DNA of 64,000 bases, taken from NCBI GenBank assembly GCA_001917135.1, contig MNTT01000014.1, positions 73,620 to 137,619 on the forward strand. Reading direction: 5' to 3'. The notes below the pieces were generated by a model. That model was given only the letters and a program-made list of their open reading frames with translations. It had not been told where the DNA came from and ran no database searches. This stretch comes from Acetobacter sp. 46_36. Lineage in GTDB: Bacteria; Pseudomonadota; Alphaproteobacteria; RF32; CAG-239. The translations under genes were made by a program, and so were the position numbers. Shown here in pieces: positions 1 through 9,510 of the stretch (position 1 is its first letter; each line of letters begins with the position of its first letter).

Positions 1-2
1 AT

Positions 3-2024
3 GGAGGAGAAACATTGGGGCAGGTCAGATATAACGGTGAAGTAACCACTAAAAATGGCGGGAATGGCTATGCGTTATATGATTTGTATGTCTATGACAA
101 TGATGGGAAAACAATCGGATATATTGCCAAAAACGGACGCGTTTACAGCGTAATGGGAGAAATTGTCGGAACCGTTTATCAGGGCTTTGTGTTGGATAAA
201 AAGCAGAATTTAATCGGTAGAGGCGCAAGGGGCTATGAAATTCTTGATGCGCAGAAACAGGTAATAGGTCATTTAAAGTTAGACGGTTCGGTTGTTAATA
301 TCAAAAATGTAGAAATTGGAAAACTACAGCCTGATGGTCGTGTAATGGATGCCGGGGGCAGGGTTATAGCTGTTGCCGAAAAACTTCAGTATTATCAAAA
401 GCCGGTTGAACCGGAAACGGAAAATGGGACTGAGCCTGCGGTTGAAAGTAAAGGGGAAGAAACGGAAAATAAAACATCGGCAGAAGATGCTCGTGAACAA
501 AACAAAACTGATAAAACGGCGGAAAGCGGTGATGCGCAGTCCGGCATATCCACGGAGGAAGAAAATATCCCGGAGCTGACCGAGGAAGAAAAAGAAGCTG
601 CAGATACCAAAATAAATCATAAAGTCATTGGGATAGCCGTAACACCGGGAGGAAGATATATCGGTGATGTATACAGCAATAATAAGGTAATAGATGAAAC
701 CGGAACTGTTGTCGGCAATATGGGGGAAAATGGCGAGATTACCGACAAGGAGGGGAATACGGTAGGCTCTCTGCAAGAACAGAAATCGGAAGATACAAAA
801 AATGTTAATACAAGATGGTGGCAGCAGATTGCAAGCGGAGCGACGGTTAATCCCTGGGATTACCGAAACGAAGTAACCAATGTCGGTCCCGGCGGCGGTA
901 TAGGGCCCGGCGGCAGATATAATCCGAAACGTGCCGCTATATTGTCCCAGCTGCAGGAAGAACGCCGCAGAACAATGACGGCGGCAAAAGTAATGCCCGG
1001 TTATAATGCTGCTTCATACACCGGTTGGCAGGACGATTGGGGGATAAACCGGGCGGTTTCGACTTTGCGGGTTAATATGGATAATATGATAACCGCAGAT
1101 AAACCGATACCGGCTGTTTTAGCCAGATCCTTGATTTCTTTGGGTGAAGCGCCTGTTACTGCAATTGTGGAAAGGAATGTGTACGGAGATTCGGGGCGTA
1201 ACGTTATTATTCCGGCCGGAAGCCGGGTAATCGGCGGGCTGCAGACGGTAGATGTCGAAAGCCGTTTTGACAATTCAAGCGGCGGCGTTAAGCTTGAAAT
1301 ATCCTGGAGCAGGATAATCCGTCCTGACGGAATTGCATTTCTTCTGGATGCCGGAAGGACGCAGACCGGGGATGCGCAGGGACGCGGCGGCGGCGCTTTG
1401 GGATATGTTGATGAACAGCTGGTTAAAAAATATACGTTGCCAATCGTAGGGACGATGGTCAGCTCGGCAATAACATATATGATGGCGGCTGATGAAGACA
1501 GTACCGGAGAGGTGGAAACATCCAAACAGCAGGCAGCAACAGATGCCCGGCAGGAATTTATGGATAAAATGGATCAGATATTGCAGGAAATTATTGACAG
1601 TAAGTCGCAAATTCAGCCGGTTACTTATGTTCCAGCCGGAACGAGAATAATCATTTATCCGATGACCGATTTGTGGCTGAGAAGTACGAAGGATATTGAA
1701 AAGAACGTCGAAACGGCGCGTCCGGGCGGCGGAGACGGTGGGCTGGTCAACGAAGTATATCCTGACGATGGCGGGACAAGAAGCACGTCTCAGGTAGAAG
1801 GAAATAACGCCAATAACAGCCAGAAGGTTATTTTGGGCAATCAGGCGCAGACCAACAATAATAGCGGTGGTGATGGCCTTGTAAACGAAAATCCGCAGAA
1901 TAATCCGAATGCTCCTCAGCCGAGAAAGAATATCGGGGCAATTCCGCCGCCGGCAGCAGACGGATCGGTCGCGGAAGCTCCTGAAAGTGAAGAAGAAATA
2001 TCCGGCGATATTGAACTGTTCTAA
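3..2024 (+). CDS. virB10: VirB10/TrbI-family T4SS protein, 5'-truncated by window edge (frame open from nt 3). C-terminal half is a canonical VirB10 barrel domain. N-terminal ~250 aa are Gly-rich tandem repeats plus an acidic linker. Long low-complexity N/G/P-rich C-terminal tail.
   Basis: VirB10/TrbI-family C-terminal region (ERNVYGDSGRNVIIPAGSRVIGGLQTVDVESRFDNSSGGVKLEISWSRIIRPDGIAF) seen by eye in the translation; the ORF continues in frame to the window start. Confidence 0.85.
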   Translation, partial: GGETLGQVRYNGEVTTKNGGNGYALYDLYVYDNDGKTIGYIAKNGRVYSVMGEIVGTVYQGFVLDKKQNLIGRGARGYEILDAQKQVIGHLKLDGSVVNIKNVEIGKLQPDGRVMDAGGRVIAVAEKLQYYQKPVEPETENGTEPAVESKGEETENKTSAEDAREQNKTDKTAESGDAQSGISTEEENIPELTEEEKEAADTKINHKVIGIAVTPGGRYIGDVYSNNKVIDETGTVVGNMGENGEITDKEGNTVGSLQEQKSEDTKNVNTRWWQQIASGATVNPWDYRNEVTNVGPGGGIGPGGRYNPKRAAILSQLQEERRRTMTAAKVMPGYNAASYTGWQDDWGINRAVSTLRVNMDNMITADKPIPAVLARSLISLGEAPVTAIVERNVYGDSGRNVIIPAGSRVIGGLQTVDVESRFDNSSGGVKLEISWSRIIRPDGIAFLLDAGRTQTGDAQGRGGGALGYVDEQLVKKYTLPIVGTMVSSAITYMMAADEDSTGEVETSKQQAATDARQEFMDKMDQILQEIIDSKSQIQPVTYVPAGTRIIIYPMTDLWLRSTKDIEKNVETARPGGGDGGLVNEVYPDDGGTRSTSQVEGNNANNSQKVILGNQAQTNNNSGGDGLVNENPQNNPNAPQPRKNIGAIPPPAADGSVAEAPESEEEISGDIELF

Positions 2025-2054
2025 AGTTTAATACTGTCGGGCAGGCTTCAAAAC

Positions 2055-2083
2055 TTGACGAAAAAGGGCAGACGTGGTACAAT
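2055..2083 (+). promoter_or_regulatory. Putative sigma70 promoter for virB11: -35 TTGACG (2055-2060), 17-nt spacer, -10 TACAAT (2078-2083).
   Basis: Near-consensus hexamers with 17-bp spacing about 40 nt upstream of the virB11 ATG. GGAG RBS at 2109-2112. Confidence 0.45.
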
Positions 2084-2122
2084 AAAACAAAATGGAAAAT
2101 ATTTTTTTGGAGTAAGAAAGTT

Positions 2123-3103
2123 ATGGGAAAGTTGGACGATGAGGTGCTCTGCTCCGTTTTGAGGCCGCTTGCCTATTGGTATGAACAGGAAAATATCGAG
2201 GAAGTTGCAATCAACCATCCCGGAGATATTTGGCTTCGCTTACGCGGAAAACGGGCTTTTCCTTGGGTAAACTATAAAGATCCAAAACTTTCAAGAGAAT
2301 ATTTGACCAATCTTCTGCATATTATTGCCAATTTGAATGATCAGGAATTTGATCCTATTAACGGGTCTCCTGTAGTTTACGCCCGAATTCCCGGAGGGCA
2401 TCGTTTCACCGGCGTGGCTGGAAAAAACATTGAATACGATTTGGACGATTCTGCAACGGGAGGCATAGCCATAACAATACGTCTTCATACGGATGATGTT
2501 GCTTTCGGTTTTGGCGATTACGGGCTGGAACAGGGTAAAAGGCTAAAGGAAATAAATCCGTTAAAAAACATAAAAGATCCAGATGACGCCTATGAACGTC
2601 TTCTTCTTGCATTACGCCGCGGAGACCATATTCTTGTCAGTGGTGGTACTGGTACCGGTAAAACGACGTTGTTGAACAATTTGCTAAAGCTTTTGGATAT
2701 CCATAAGAGGGTTATTACCGTAGAAGATACGCGGGAACTTAATGTTCCGCAGCCAAACCATGTTCATATCGTCTTGTCACGTACGGAGCAGACCAACAGC
2801 ATGGATTATTCCAAAGTTATCGACTTGATTGTGCGTTTTACGCCTGATGCCATTATCGGCGGTGAGATTTCAACCAGCAATGCTGCCGCTATCTGGGAAC
2901 TGATGGGCTCCGGTCATGATAACTGCTTGGCGACAATCCATGCGGAAAGTTCGACTGCCGCCTATGAGGCGTTTGTAAAACGTATAATGCGCACCCAGCC
3001 GCATATTGATGTGGAAAAAACCATTGAGGAAATGCGCCGTAAACTCCATGTCGTCCAAATTGTCCGGGATGGCAACATCCGCGGCATAACCGAAATCACC
3101 TGA
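2123..3103 (+). CDS. virB11: VirB11-family T4SS ATPase.
   Basis: Walker A GGTGTGKTT; VirB11/TrbB-like sequence throughout; immediately follows virB10. Confidence 0.9.
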   Translation: MGKLDDEVLCSVLRPLAYWYEQENIEEVAINHPGDIWLRLRGKRAFPWVNYKDPKLSREYLTNLLHIIANLNDQEFDPINGSPVVYARIPGGHRFTGVAGKNIEYDLDDSATGGIAITIRLHTDDVAFGFGDYGLEQGKRLKEINPLKNIKDPDDAYERLLLALRRGDHILVSGGTGTGKTTLLNNLLKLLDIHKRVITVEDTRELNVPQPNHVHIVLSRTEQTNSMDYSKVIDLIVRFTPDAIIGGEISTSNAAAIWELMGSGHDNCLATIHAESSTAAYEAFVKRIMRTQPHIDVEKTIEEMRRKLHVVQIVRDGNIRGITEIT

Positions 3104-3153
3104 AAACGGATAACGGAAATTTTATCGGAGTTCTTCGCTTAAGGTCGCAAATG

Positions 3154-3795
3154 CTACAGCAAATCTGCCGTTTCTGCCTTTAGCTCGTCCAAATACAAAT
3201 TTTTTTCCGAACTTGTTTTCAAAATCGTAACATGGGCTGCTGTATGTTCTCTGACGATTCTATCCGTTGCCGTCAGAACCTTTTCCAGCTCTTTGGTGCT
3301 TATCTTGTCAATTTTGGTCAAGACAATCTGATAAGTTACCGCAGCTTTGTCCAGCATCTCCATAATTTCCTCATCGATTTTTTTTATGCCGTGGCGGGAG
3401 TCAATCAGCAAAAAAACTCTCCGCAGAGTCGCCCTGCCAACTAAATAGGAATTAATCAGTTTCTGCCAGTTTTTAACAATATCTTTCGGAGCTTTGGCAA
3501 AACCATAACCGGGCAAATCGACCAGATAAAGTTTGTCATCAAGATTAAAATAATTGAGTTGTTGTGTCCGGCCCGGCGTCGACGAAGTTTTTGCCAGCTT
3601 TTTTTGCCCGAAAAGAGCATTAATCAAACTGGATTTTCCGACATTGGAGCGGCCGGCAAAAGCCACTTCCACCCTGTCGCCGTCCGGTAGCTGATTCAAA
3701 TTTGCAACACTTAAGACGAAATCACATTTTTTATTAAAAAGTTCTCGTCCGCGTGCTAAACGCTCTTTTTCTTCCTCAGAGATATCTTCAGCCAT
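3154..3795 (-). CDS. engB: GTP-binding protein EngB/YihA.
   Basis: G1 motif GRSNVGKSS, DLPGYG; YihA-family layout; downstream of yidC as in many bacteria. Confidence 0.85.
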   Translation of the reverse strand: MAEDISEEEKERLARGRELFNKKCDFVLSVANLNQLPDGDRVEVAFAGRSNVGKSSLINALFGQKKLAKTSSTPGRTQQLNYFNLDDKLYLVDLPGYGFAKAPKDIVKNWQKLINSYLVGRATLRRVFLLIDSRHGIKKIDEEIMEMLDKAAVTYQIVLTKIDKISTKELEKVLTATDRIVREHTAAHVTILKTSSEKNLYLDELKAETADLL

Positions 3796-5516
3796 TACTC
3801 TACTCCGTTTTTATGCATAATTGCTTTTTGCTGGATGATAGACAGGATATTGCTCAAAGTCCAGTAAATAACCAGACCGGAAGCGAAATGGCCGAGCATA
3901 AAGGTAAAGAATACCGGCATCAGGGCAAACATCCTCGCCTGGTCTTTATTAACCGGCGCCGGATTCAGTTTTTGCTGCATCCACATGGTGAAACCCATAA
4001 AGATAGGCCATAAACCGATATCAATAAATCCCGGAACATAAATATGAAGAATTTGCGACAGTGTCAGCGGATCAGGGGCAGACAGGTCTTTAATCCAGCC
4101 GATAAACGGTGCATGCCGGATTTCAATTGCAATATTCAAAACCTTATACAGTGAGAAAAACACCGGAATTTGAATCAGCAACGGCAGACAGCCCGAAGCC
4201 GGATTAATCTTTTCCCGCTTGTAAAGCTCCATTGTTGCCTGTTGGATAAGCATTTGATTGTCGCCGTATTTGCTGCGGATATCGTTGATTTTCGGCTGCA
4301 ATGCTTTCATCTTTGCCATACTCGTGTAAGATTTGTTGGCAATAGGGAACATGCACAACCTGAGCAAAGCGGCAAAAAGCAAAATAGCCCAACCCATATT
4401 GCCGAGAAAGCCGTACAAAAAGTCCAAGATATAAAAGAAAGGCTTTGTCAGGAAATAATACCAGCCGAAATCAACAGCTAGGTCAAACTTGGGAATATGG
4501 TTTTCTTTGGTATATTTATCCAGAAGCTTCACCTCTTTGGCTCCAGAAAACAGTCTATAGGAATAAGAGGTCTCTCCGCCGGCAGGAAGGATAACTCTTG
4601 ACCCAAGAAAATCAGCCTGGTAGTTGTAATCGCCGTTATTTTTAAACGTTACTTTGGCTTTGTCTTGGTTGCCGAGGATTAACGCTGAAAACCAATAGCG
4701 GTCAGAAAAGCCAAGCCAACCGCCGGAGGTTTCAAAACTCTCGCTGTCATCGCTGTCCAAATCTTTGTACTTTAATTCATGAAGCGTATTGTTAATAACG
4801 CCGTTCATGCCTTCATGCACAACGGAGCGCGTTTGAACCATATCTTTTATATTTCGGCTGATAAGGGCATAAGGGAACAATTCGATTTCTTCTTTTGTAT
4901 TGTTTATAACCGTGTCATCAACCGTAAAAAGATAATCTTTATCCATAGAAATTTTTCTGATAAACATAAGCCCTTGTCCGTTCTCCCAGTTCAAAACGAC
5001 AGGCTTATCAGGCGTAAGAACCGTATCCTGAGTCTTCCAAATGGTATTGGCCGTCGGCAATGCCAGATTCTTGTCCAATGACAGCCAGCCTAAGTCGGCA
5101 AAATATTGGTTTGCCGTTTGAGCTGGTTTTAACAATTCGACTTTAGGACTGTTTTCCTCCAAAGAAACGTTATATTTTGTCAGATACAAATCGTCAAAAC
5201 GGGCGCCTTTTAATCTGATGCTTCCAGCAACGGAATTATTTTCAAATTTGATACGGAGATCTTCGGCAACAGCATCTTCAGTTGTTTTAATTGCCGCGGG
5301 AGAAATCTTTTCGGCAGCTGGATGTTTGAATTGTTCCGCAGCCTGTTCAATTTCGGATATTTGCCGCTGGACAGCGCTCTTCTTGTCAATGCCGAAAAAA
5401 TAGTTAACAGAATAAATGGCAATAAAAGACAATAAAATTGCCAGCGACAGAGATCTTAATTCATCTTTCATCTTTAATATGTCTCCTGCAGTATTGTTTC
5501 TCTTTAATAATTTCAC
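3795..5516 (-). CDS. yidC: Membrane protein insertase YidC.
   Basis: Large periplasmic domain plus C-terminal multi-TM Oxa1/YidC core; in the rpmH-rnpA-yidD-yidC operon context. Confidence 0.9.
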   Translation of the reverse strand: MKLLKRNNTAGDILKMKDELRSLSLAILLSFIAIYSVNYFFGIDKKSAVQRQISEIEQAAEQFKHPAAEKISPAAIKTTEDAVAEDLRIKFENNSVAGSIRLKGARFDDLYLTKYNVSLEENSPKVELLKPAQTANQYFADLGWLSLDKNLALPTANTIWKTQDTVLTPDKPVVLNWENGQGLMFIRKISMDKDYLFTVDDTVINNTKEEIELFPYALISRNIKDMVQTRSVVHEGMNGVINNTLHELKYKDLDSDDSESFETSGGWLGFSDRYWFSALILGNQDKAKVTFKNNGDYNYQADFLGSRVILPAGGETSYSYRLFSGAKEVKLLDKYTKENHIPKFDLAVDFGWYYFLTKPFFYILDFLYGFLGNMGWAILLFAALLRLCMFPIANKSYTSMAKMKALQPKINDIRSKYGDNQMLIQQATMELYKREKINPASGCLPLLIQIPVFFSLYKVLNIAIEIRHAPFIGWIKDLSAPDPLTLSQILHIYVPGFIDIGLWPIFMGFTMWMQQKLNPAPVNKDQARMFALMPVFFTFMLGHFASGLVIYWTLSNILSIIQQKAIMHKNGVE

Positions 5517-5560
5517 TCTTTCTAATATAAAAAAGCCGTTTTGTAAAGCATTATAGGGGG

Positions 5561-5857
5561 TTAATCCGTATCTTTGTTTTGTAGCCGGGGATTTTGCTTT
5601 GTTTGTTTTTGAGCCTGAGGAACTGGGTCATAGCCGGAGCCGCCCCATGGATTGCATCGAAGCAGGCGCTTTATGCCTAAAATGGAACCGCGAAATAAGC
5701 CATGCTCTTGAATGGCCTGCAACATATATTCCGAGCAGGTTGGCGTATAACGGCAGGCATGAGGCAGCAACGGAGATATCCATTTTTTATAAAATCGCAG
5801 TGAAGTTGTAGCGAAAACAAACAGAATATTGTGGCAAATATGGAGAGCTTTTTTCAT
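5561..5857 (-). CDS. yidD: Membrane protein insertion efficiency factor YidD.
   Basis: [22 protein letters not shown] motif typical of YidD. Confidence 0.85.
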   Translation of the reverse strand: MKKALHICHNILFVFATTSLRFYKKWISPLLPHACRYTPTCSEYMLQAIQEHGLFRGSILGIKRLLRCNPWGGSGYDPVPQAQKQTKQNPRLQNKDTD

Positions 5858-5865
5858 TGCGCCCC

Positions 5866-6282
5866 TTAGGCAACGGAGTTATCAGGCTTTACCGGAACAG
5901 CATCGTCACAAGGTGTTTCACGGCTTTCAACTTTTTGTGGGGTGAAATTTTTATTAATGCGTTTAATGGCATAAATAACATCATTTTTTAATTCTTTGAA
6001 ATTGCATTTTGCAGTAGAAATTCGTGCGATAAAAACATAATCGACCCCGGGCGCAGCATAATGCGGCAAAACGTCTCTGGCAATAGCACGCAGCCGTCGT
6101 TTGCTTTTATTGCGGATAACGGCGTTGCCAATTCTTTTGGTTGCGGTGTAACCGGTCATAATGTCCGGCATAGCAGATAAACTATGAGCCGCCTGAAGAA
6201 CCATATTGTGTGTTGCAACATGAAAACTCTGGGCGACCCGTAGAAAATCTTTTCTTTTTTTAAAAGTAAGTATTTTTGTCAT
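5866..6282 (-). CDS. rnpA: RNase P protein component.
   Basis: Small basic protein; position between rpmH and yidD; RnpA-like sequence. Confidence 0.8.
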   Translation of the reverse strand: MTKILTFKKRKDFLRVAQSFHVATHNMVLQAAHSLSAMPDIMTGYTATKRIGNAVIRNKSKRRLRAIARDVLPHYAAPGVDYVFIARISTAKCNFKELKNDVIYAIKRINKNFTPQKVESRETPCDDAVPVKPDNSVA

Positions 6283-6293
6283 CTGCTTATAAA

Positions 6294-6428
6294 CTAAGCT
6301 GAAAGTCTTTTACGACCTCTCGCGCGGCGGGCAGCCAAAACTTTGCGGCCGCCGGCAGTTGCCATACGGGTACGAAATCCGTGACGACGGGCTCTTACCA
6401 GCTTACTGGGTTGATAGGTACGTTTCAT
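6294..6428 (-). CDS. rpmH: 50S ribosomal protein L34. Absent from the ORF track because it is below the 60-aa cut-off.
   Basis: Manual translation of the minus strand gives [44 protein letters not shown], a canonical L34. Confidence 0.9.
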   Translation of the reverse strand: MKRTYQPSKLVRARRHGFRTRMATAGGRKVLAARRARGRKRLSA

Positions 6429-6632
6429 ATTAAATCTCCGGTTAGTTATTAATTATTTAAAGGCAGGCTAAACGGCCGCCTCTCGGTTTACGAAACCTCT
6501 TATAAAAGCAAATATCTAAGAAGTCAATATTTTTTTGCGCCCAAACCGTTGGCGCAAAAACAAAGAAATGACTTGAAAAATAAAATAGTTGTGTTATAAA
6601 ACTTATATATTTTGGAGGTTTGCGTTCTTGCC

Positions 6633-6989
6633 ATGATTATAGACAGCAAAAATGAAACACAAAAAAGTATTTTGACCAATAAGTGTTTTTATCAGACGAC
6701 AGCTCAAATTATGCATGAATTTGAGAAAAAAGGGTATGCTAATTCGGCTGATGAAACCGCTAAGGTTATTGCTGCATATCATGATTTGGTCCAGAAAAAA
6801 GCCAAAAATAACTTTAGCAAAGATTATAATGAGGCATTTAAAAAAATTGACGATGCCATTAAGGGGCTGGCTAACAAGGTATTTTACGGATATGAAAATA
6901 AAAGCCTTGATTATGCCTACAAGTCATTTGCGAAATTTGATTATATCAATGCTATAATCGGCCGCCAGAGAATTAAAAAGAAACTCTGA
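6633..6989 (+). CDS. Hypothetical small protein. ATG at 6633 is preferred over the track's TTG at 6612.
   Basis: ORF only; GGAGG RBS at 6615-6619; no recognisable motifs. Confidence 0.4.
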   Translation: MIIDSKNETQKSILTNKCFYQTTAQIMHEFEKKGYANSADETAKVIAAYHDLVQKKAKNNFSKDYNEAFKKIDDAIKGLANKVFYGYENKSLDYAYKSFAKFDYINAIIGRQRIKKKL

Positions 6990-7192
6990 TTTTTTTTGCT
7001 TATCTTATTTCCTCGTTTATCCTTATTTTTAGAATAAGGGGAAGGACGGTTTTATCTTTCCAAATAATACTCTGTCCGGTGCATACTCCGCCAAATAAGG
7101 GTGTTTCCTCAACAGGCTTGTTGATTCTTTATAATCTTGATTTGCCAAGACAGGAAAAGGAGCATACGATAAAGGCATAACGTAATATTATA

Positions 7193-8185
7193 TTGCAAAA
7201 GGATTTCGATATGTCTGAAATTTCTGTTATTGGCAGCGGCCGCTGGGGAACTTTCTTGGCCTGGTATGCCGCAAACTGCTGCGGAATGGAGAGGGTGAAA
7301 ATATACAGCCGTCCGACATCTCCGGATTTTATTGAATTGAAGGAAACACGCAAAAATGCATATTTGTCGTTATCGGACAATATGTTTCTGTATGAAAAAG
7401 TTTCGGAAGTCTTGGATAACGATTTTATCATTATCTCTATTGGCAGCCAACATCTGCGTTCGTTGGCAAAAGAGTTGAACGGGTATAATGTCGCCGGTAA
7501 AACCTTTTTGCTGGCAATGAAGGGACTGGAAGAGCCAAATGCAACATTGTTGAGTACGGTTATGCGTGAGGAAATTAAGCAGCCGATTCATATTGCGACC
7601 TTAGGAGGGCCGGGACATGTTCAGGATTATATGAAAAAGGTTCCGTCCTGTGCCGTGATAGACAGCGACGAGGAAGAAGTTAAAGACCGTGTTATCAAAA
7701 TGTTACAAAGTGATTTGATACGGTTTTATTATGGTGCGGATTTTATAGGCAATCAGATAGGCGCAGCGCTCAAAAACGTCATCGGCATAGCGGCAGGTAT
7801 TTTGGACGGTCTGGAATGGTACGGGTTAAAAGGCGCACTGATGGCGCGAGCACCGGTAGAGGTCGGACGTTTTATTAAGCATTTTAGCGGCAATCCGATG
7901 ACGGCTTATGGGCTGTCCCATTTGGGCGATTATGAGGCAACGCTGTTTTCGAAGCACAGCCATAATCGTATGTTTGGTGAAATGTTTGCCAAGGGAGAGG
8001 GATTTGGTAAATTGGCAGAGGGATATTATACCCTGAAGGCAGTAAAAAATATTGCCGACAGGGAAAACATCAATATGCCGATATGCCAGGCCTTATATAA
8101 AGCTGTGTACGAAGGGGCAGATGTAAAGCAGACTATTCGCTCAATGTTTGACCGTGATCTCAAACATGAGTTTGAACTGTTCTAA
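7193..8185 (+). CDS. gpsA: NAD(P)H-dependent glycerol-3-phosphate dehydrogenase. True start probably MSEISVIG at about 7211.
   Basis: N-terminal Rossmann GSGRWGT; GpsA-like throughout. Confidence 0.85.
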   Translation: MQKDFDMSEISVIGSGRWGTFLAWYAANCCGMERVKIYSRPTSPDFIELKETRKNAYLSLSDNMFLYEKVSEVLDNDFIIISIGSQHLRSLAKELNGYNVAGKTFLLAMKGLEEPNATLLSTVMREEIKQPIHIATLGGPGHVQDYMKKVPSCAVIDSDEEEVKDRVIKMLQSDLIRFYYGADFIGNQIGAALKNVIGIAAGILDGLEWYGLKGALMARAPVEVGRFIKHFSGNPMTAYGLSHLGDYEATLFSKHSHNRMFGEMFAKGEGFGKLAEGYYTLKAVKNIADRENINMPICQALYKAVYEGADVKQTIRSMFDRDLKHEFELF

Positions 8186-8210
8186 ACTTTATTTTTTTAA
8201 TATACAAATA

Positions 8211-8239
8211 AAAGCGCTGACTTTCAATGTTGGCGCTTT
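8211..8239. terminator. Bidirectional rho-independent terminator between convergent gpsA and recF.
   Basis: AAAGCGC-loop-GCGCTTT hairpin flanked by T/A runs on both sides. Confidence 0.6.
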
Positions 8240-8274
8240 AGGTATTGTTTTTTGTGGAGAGATGCCTCCTAAAA

Positions 8275-9510
8275 TCAACCGAGGATAATTTCTCGAACCG
8301 TATTATCTTTAACTTCAAAAAATTGAGCGGTTTCTCTGATGCTTAAAAATTCAAATAAAGTTGTTGTCGTAAGCCAGGCCTGTAAATGCATTGCTTTTAT
8401 TTTTGACAGCAGAGCGTCTTTTTTGGAGTCGTCCAAATGAGCGGCAACCTCATCGAGCAGCAATATCGGCGGAATTCCTCGACTGTGGAGCAGAGATTTT
8501 GCCTGCGCCAGTATGATACTCAGTAAAAGGGACTTTTGTTCCCCGGTGGAACAGAAACCCGCAGGAACATTCTTCTTTTTATAAACGGCGCATAAATCCG
8601 TTTTGTTAATATTGTTGCCTGAGTCGTTGAATAGAATACTACGTCTTTGGTTAAACAGGGATTCGCGATAAAAGTCTTCAACGTATATTGCCGGTTTTGA
8701 ATCCAGCATTTGCTCAATAGTGCCGTCAAGGGTCAATACGGCTTCGGGGAAAACATCGTCGGGATTCTGTTCAATGAAAGCATTAAGCTTTTGTACTTGT
8801 TCCCTGCGTGCGGCAGCAATGGCAACGCCGATTCCTGACATCTGCTCTTCTAATGCTGTCAGCCAGGAATTATTAATATTGCCGCTTTTTAAAATTTGCA
8901 GCCATTGTCGGTAGAGGTTTTCGTATGAGGAAAGTCTGCGAGCGTGTTCCGTATCAAAAGCGTAAACAATCCGGTCGAGAAAGCTGCGCCGCTGTTGGGT
9001 ACCGCCAAGAAAGAGGCGATCCATTTGCGGTGTAACCCAAATGATGGATAAATAATTTCCCAGTTCATTTTGCGAAGACAATTTCTGGTTATTGATTTGG
9101 ACGATTCGCCTTTCTACTTCTTTGGCTTCATTGAAATCAGTTTCTTTCATAACGCTTTCTACGGCAGTGCCCAAATTGAATTCCTCGCCGGCTTTTTCAA
9201 TTTGGGCCGAAACAGCCCAGCCGCTGTTGTTGATAAAAACAGGAGTCTTCTGCTTATCTGCCAAAAAATCAAAAGTCTTAATTTCGGAAAGTTTTGCGTT
9301 GCGCAAACCTCGCCCCTGCGATAAAAAAGAAACAGCTTCCAAGACATTGGTCTTGCCGCTTCCGTTTTCTCCGCTTAGAATAACAAACGGCTGCGCCAAG
9401 TTTAAGCGCAGATATTTATAGTTCCGAAAATTAACTAAGGTCAGGCGCCTGACGGCAGACCCAACCTTAGTTTCTTCTTTGTTTGTATTAGAATAAACCG
9501 CCGCGCTCAC
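8275..9510 (-). CDS. recF: DNA replication and repair protein RecF.
   Basis: Walker A GENGSGKTN; RecF family; downstream of dnaN. Confidence 0.9.
   Translation of the reverse strand: MSAAVYSNTNKEETKVGSAVRRLTLVNFRNYKYLRLNLAQPFVILSGENGSGKTNVLEAVSFLSQGRGLRNAKLSEIKTFDFLADKQKTPVFINNSGWAVSAQIEKAGEEFNLGTAVESVMKETDFNEAKEVERRIVQINNQKLSSQNELGNYLSIIWVTPQMDRLFLGGTQQRRSFLDRIVYAFDTEHARRLSSYENLYRQWLQILKSGNINNSWLTALEEQMSGIGVAIAAARREQVQKLNAFIEQNPDDVFPEAVLTLDGTIEQMLDSKPAIYVEDFYRESLFNQRRSILFNDSGNNINKTDLCAVYKKKNVPAGFCSTGEQKSLLLSIILAQAKSLLHSRGIPPILLLDEVAAHLDDSKKDALLSKIKAMHLQAWLTTTTLFEFLSIRETAQFFEVKDNTVREIILG

Noticed and set aside
324-1610. Several 60-174-aa ORFs on the minus strand or in other frames inside virB10 (324..776, 373..579, 395..610, 1001..1525, 1275..1610)
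   Set aside because: Wholly embedded antisense or out-of-frame within a well-supported VirB10 ORF; low-complexity translations. The same reasoning applies to the many similar short ORFs nested inside mfd, recG, ptsP, dnaA and the virB6 genes.
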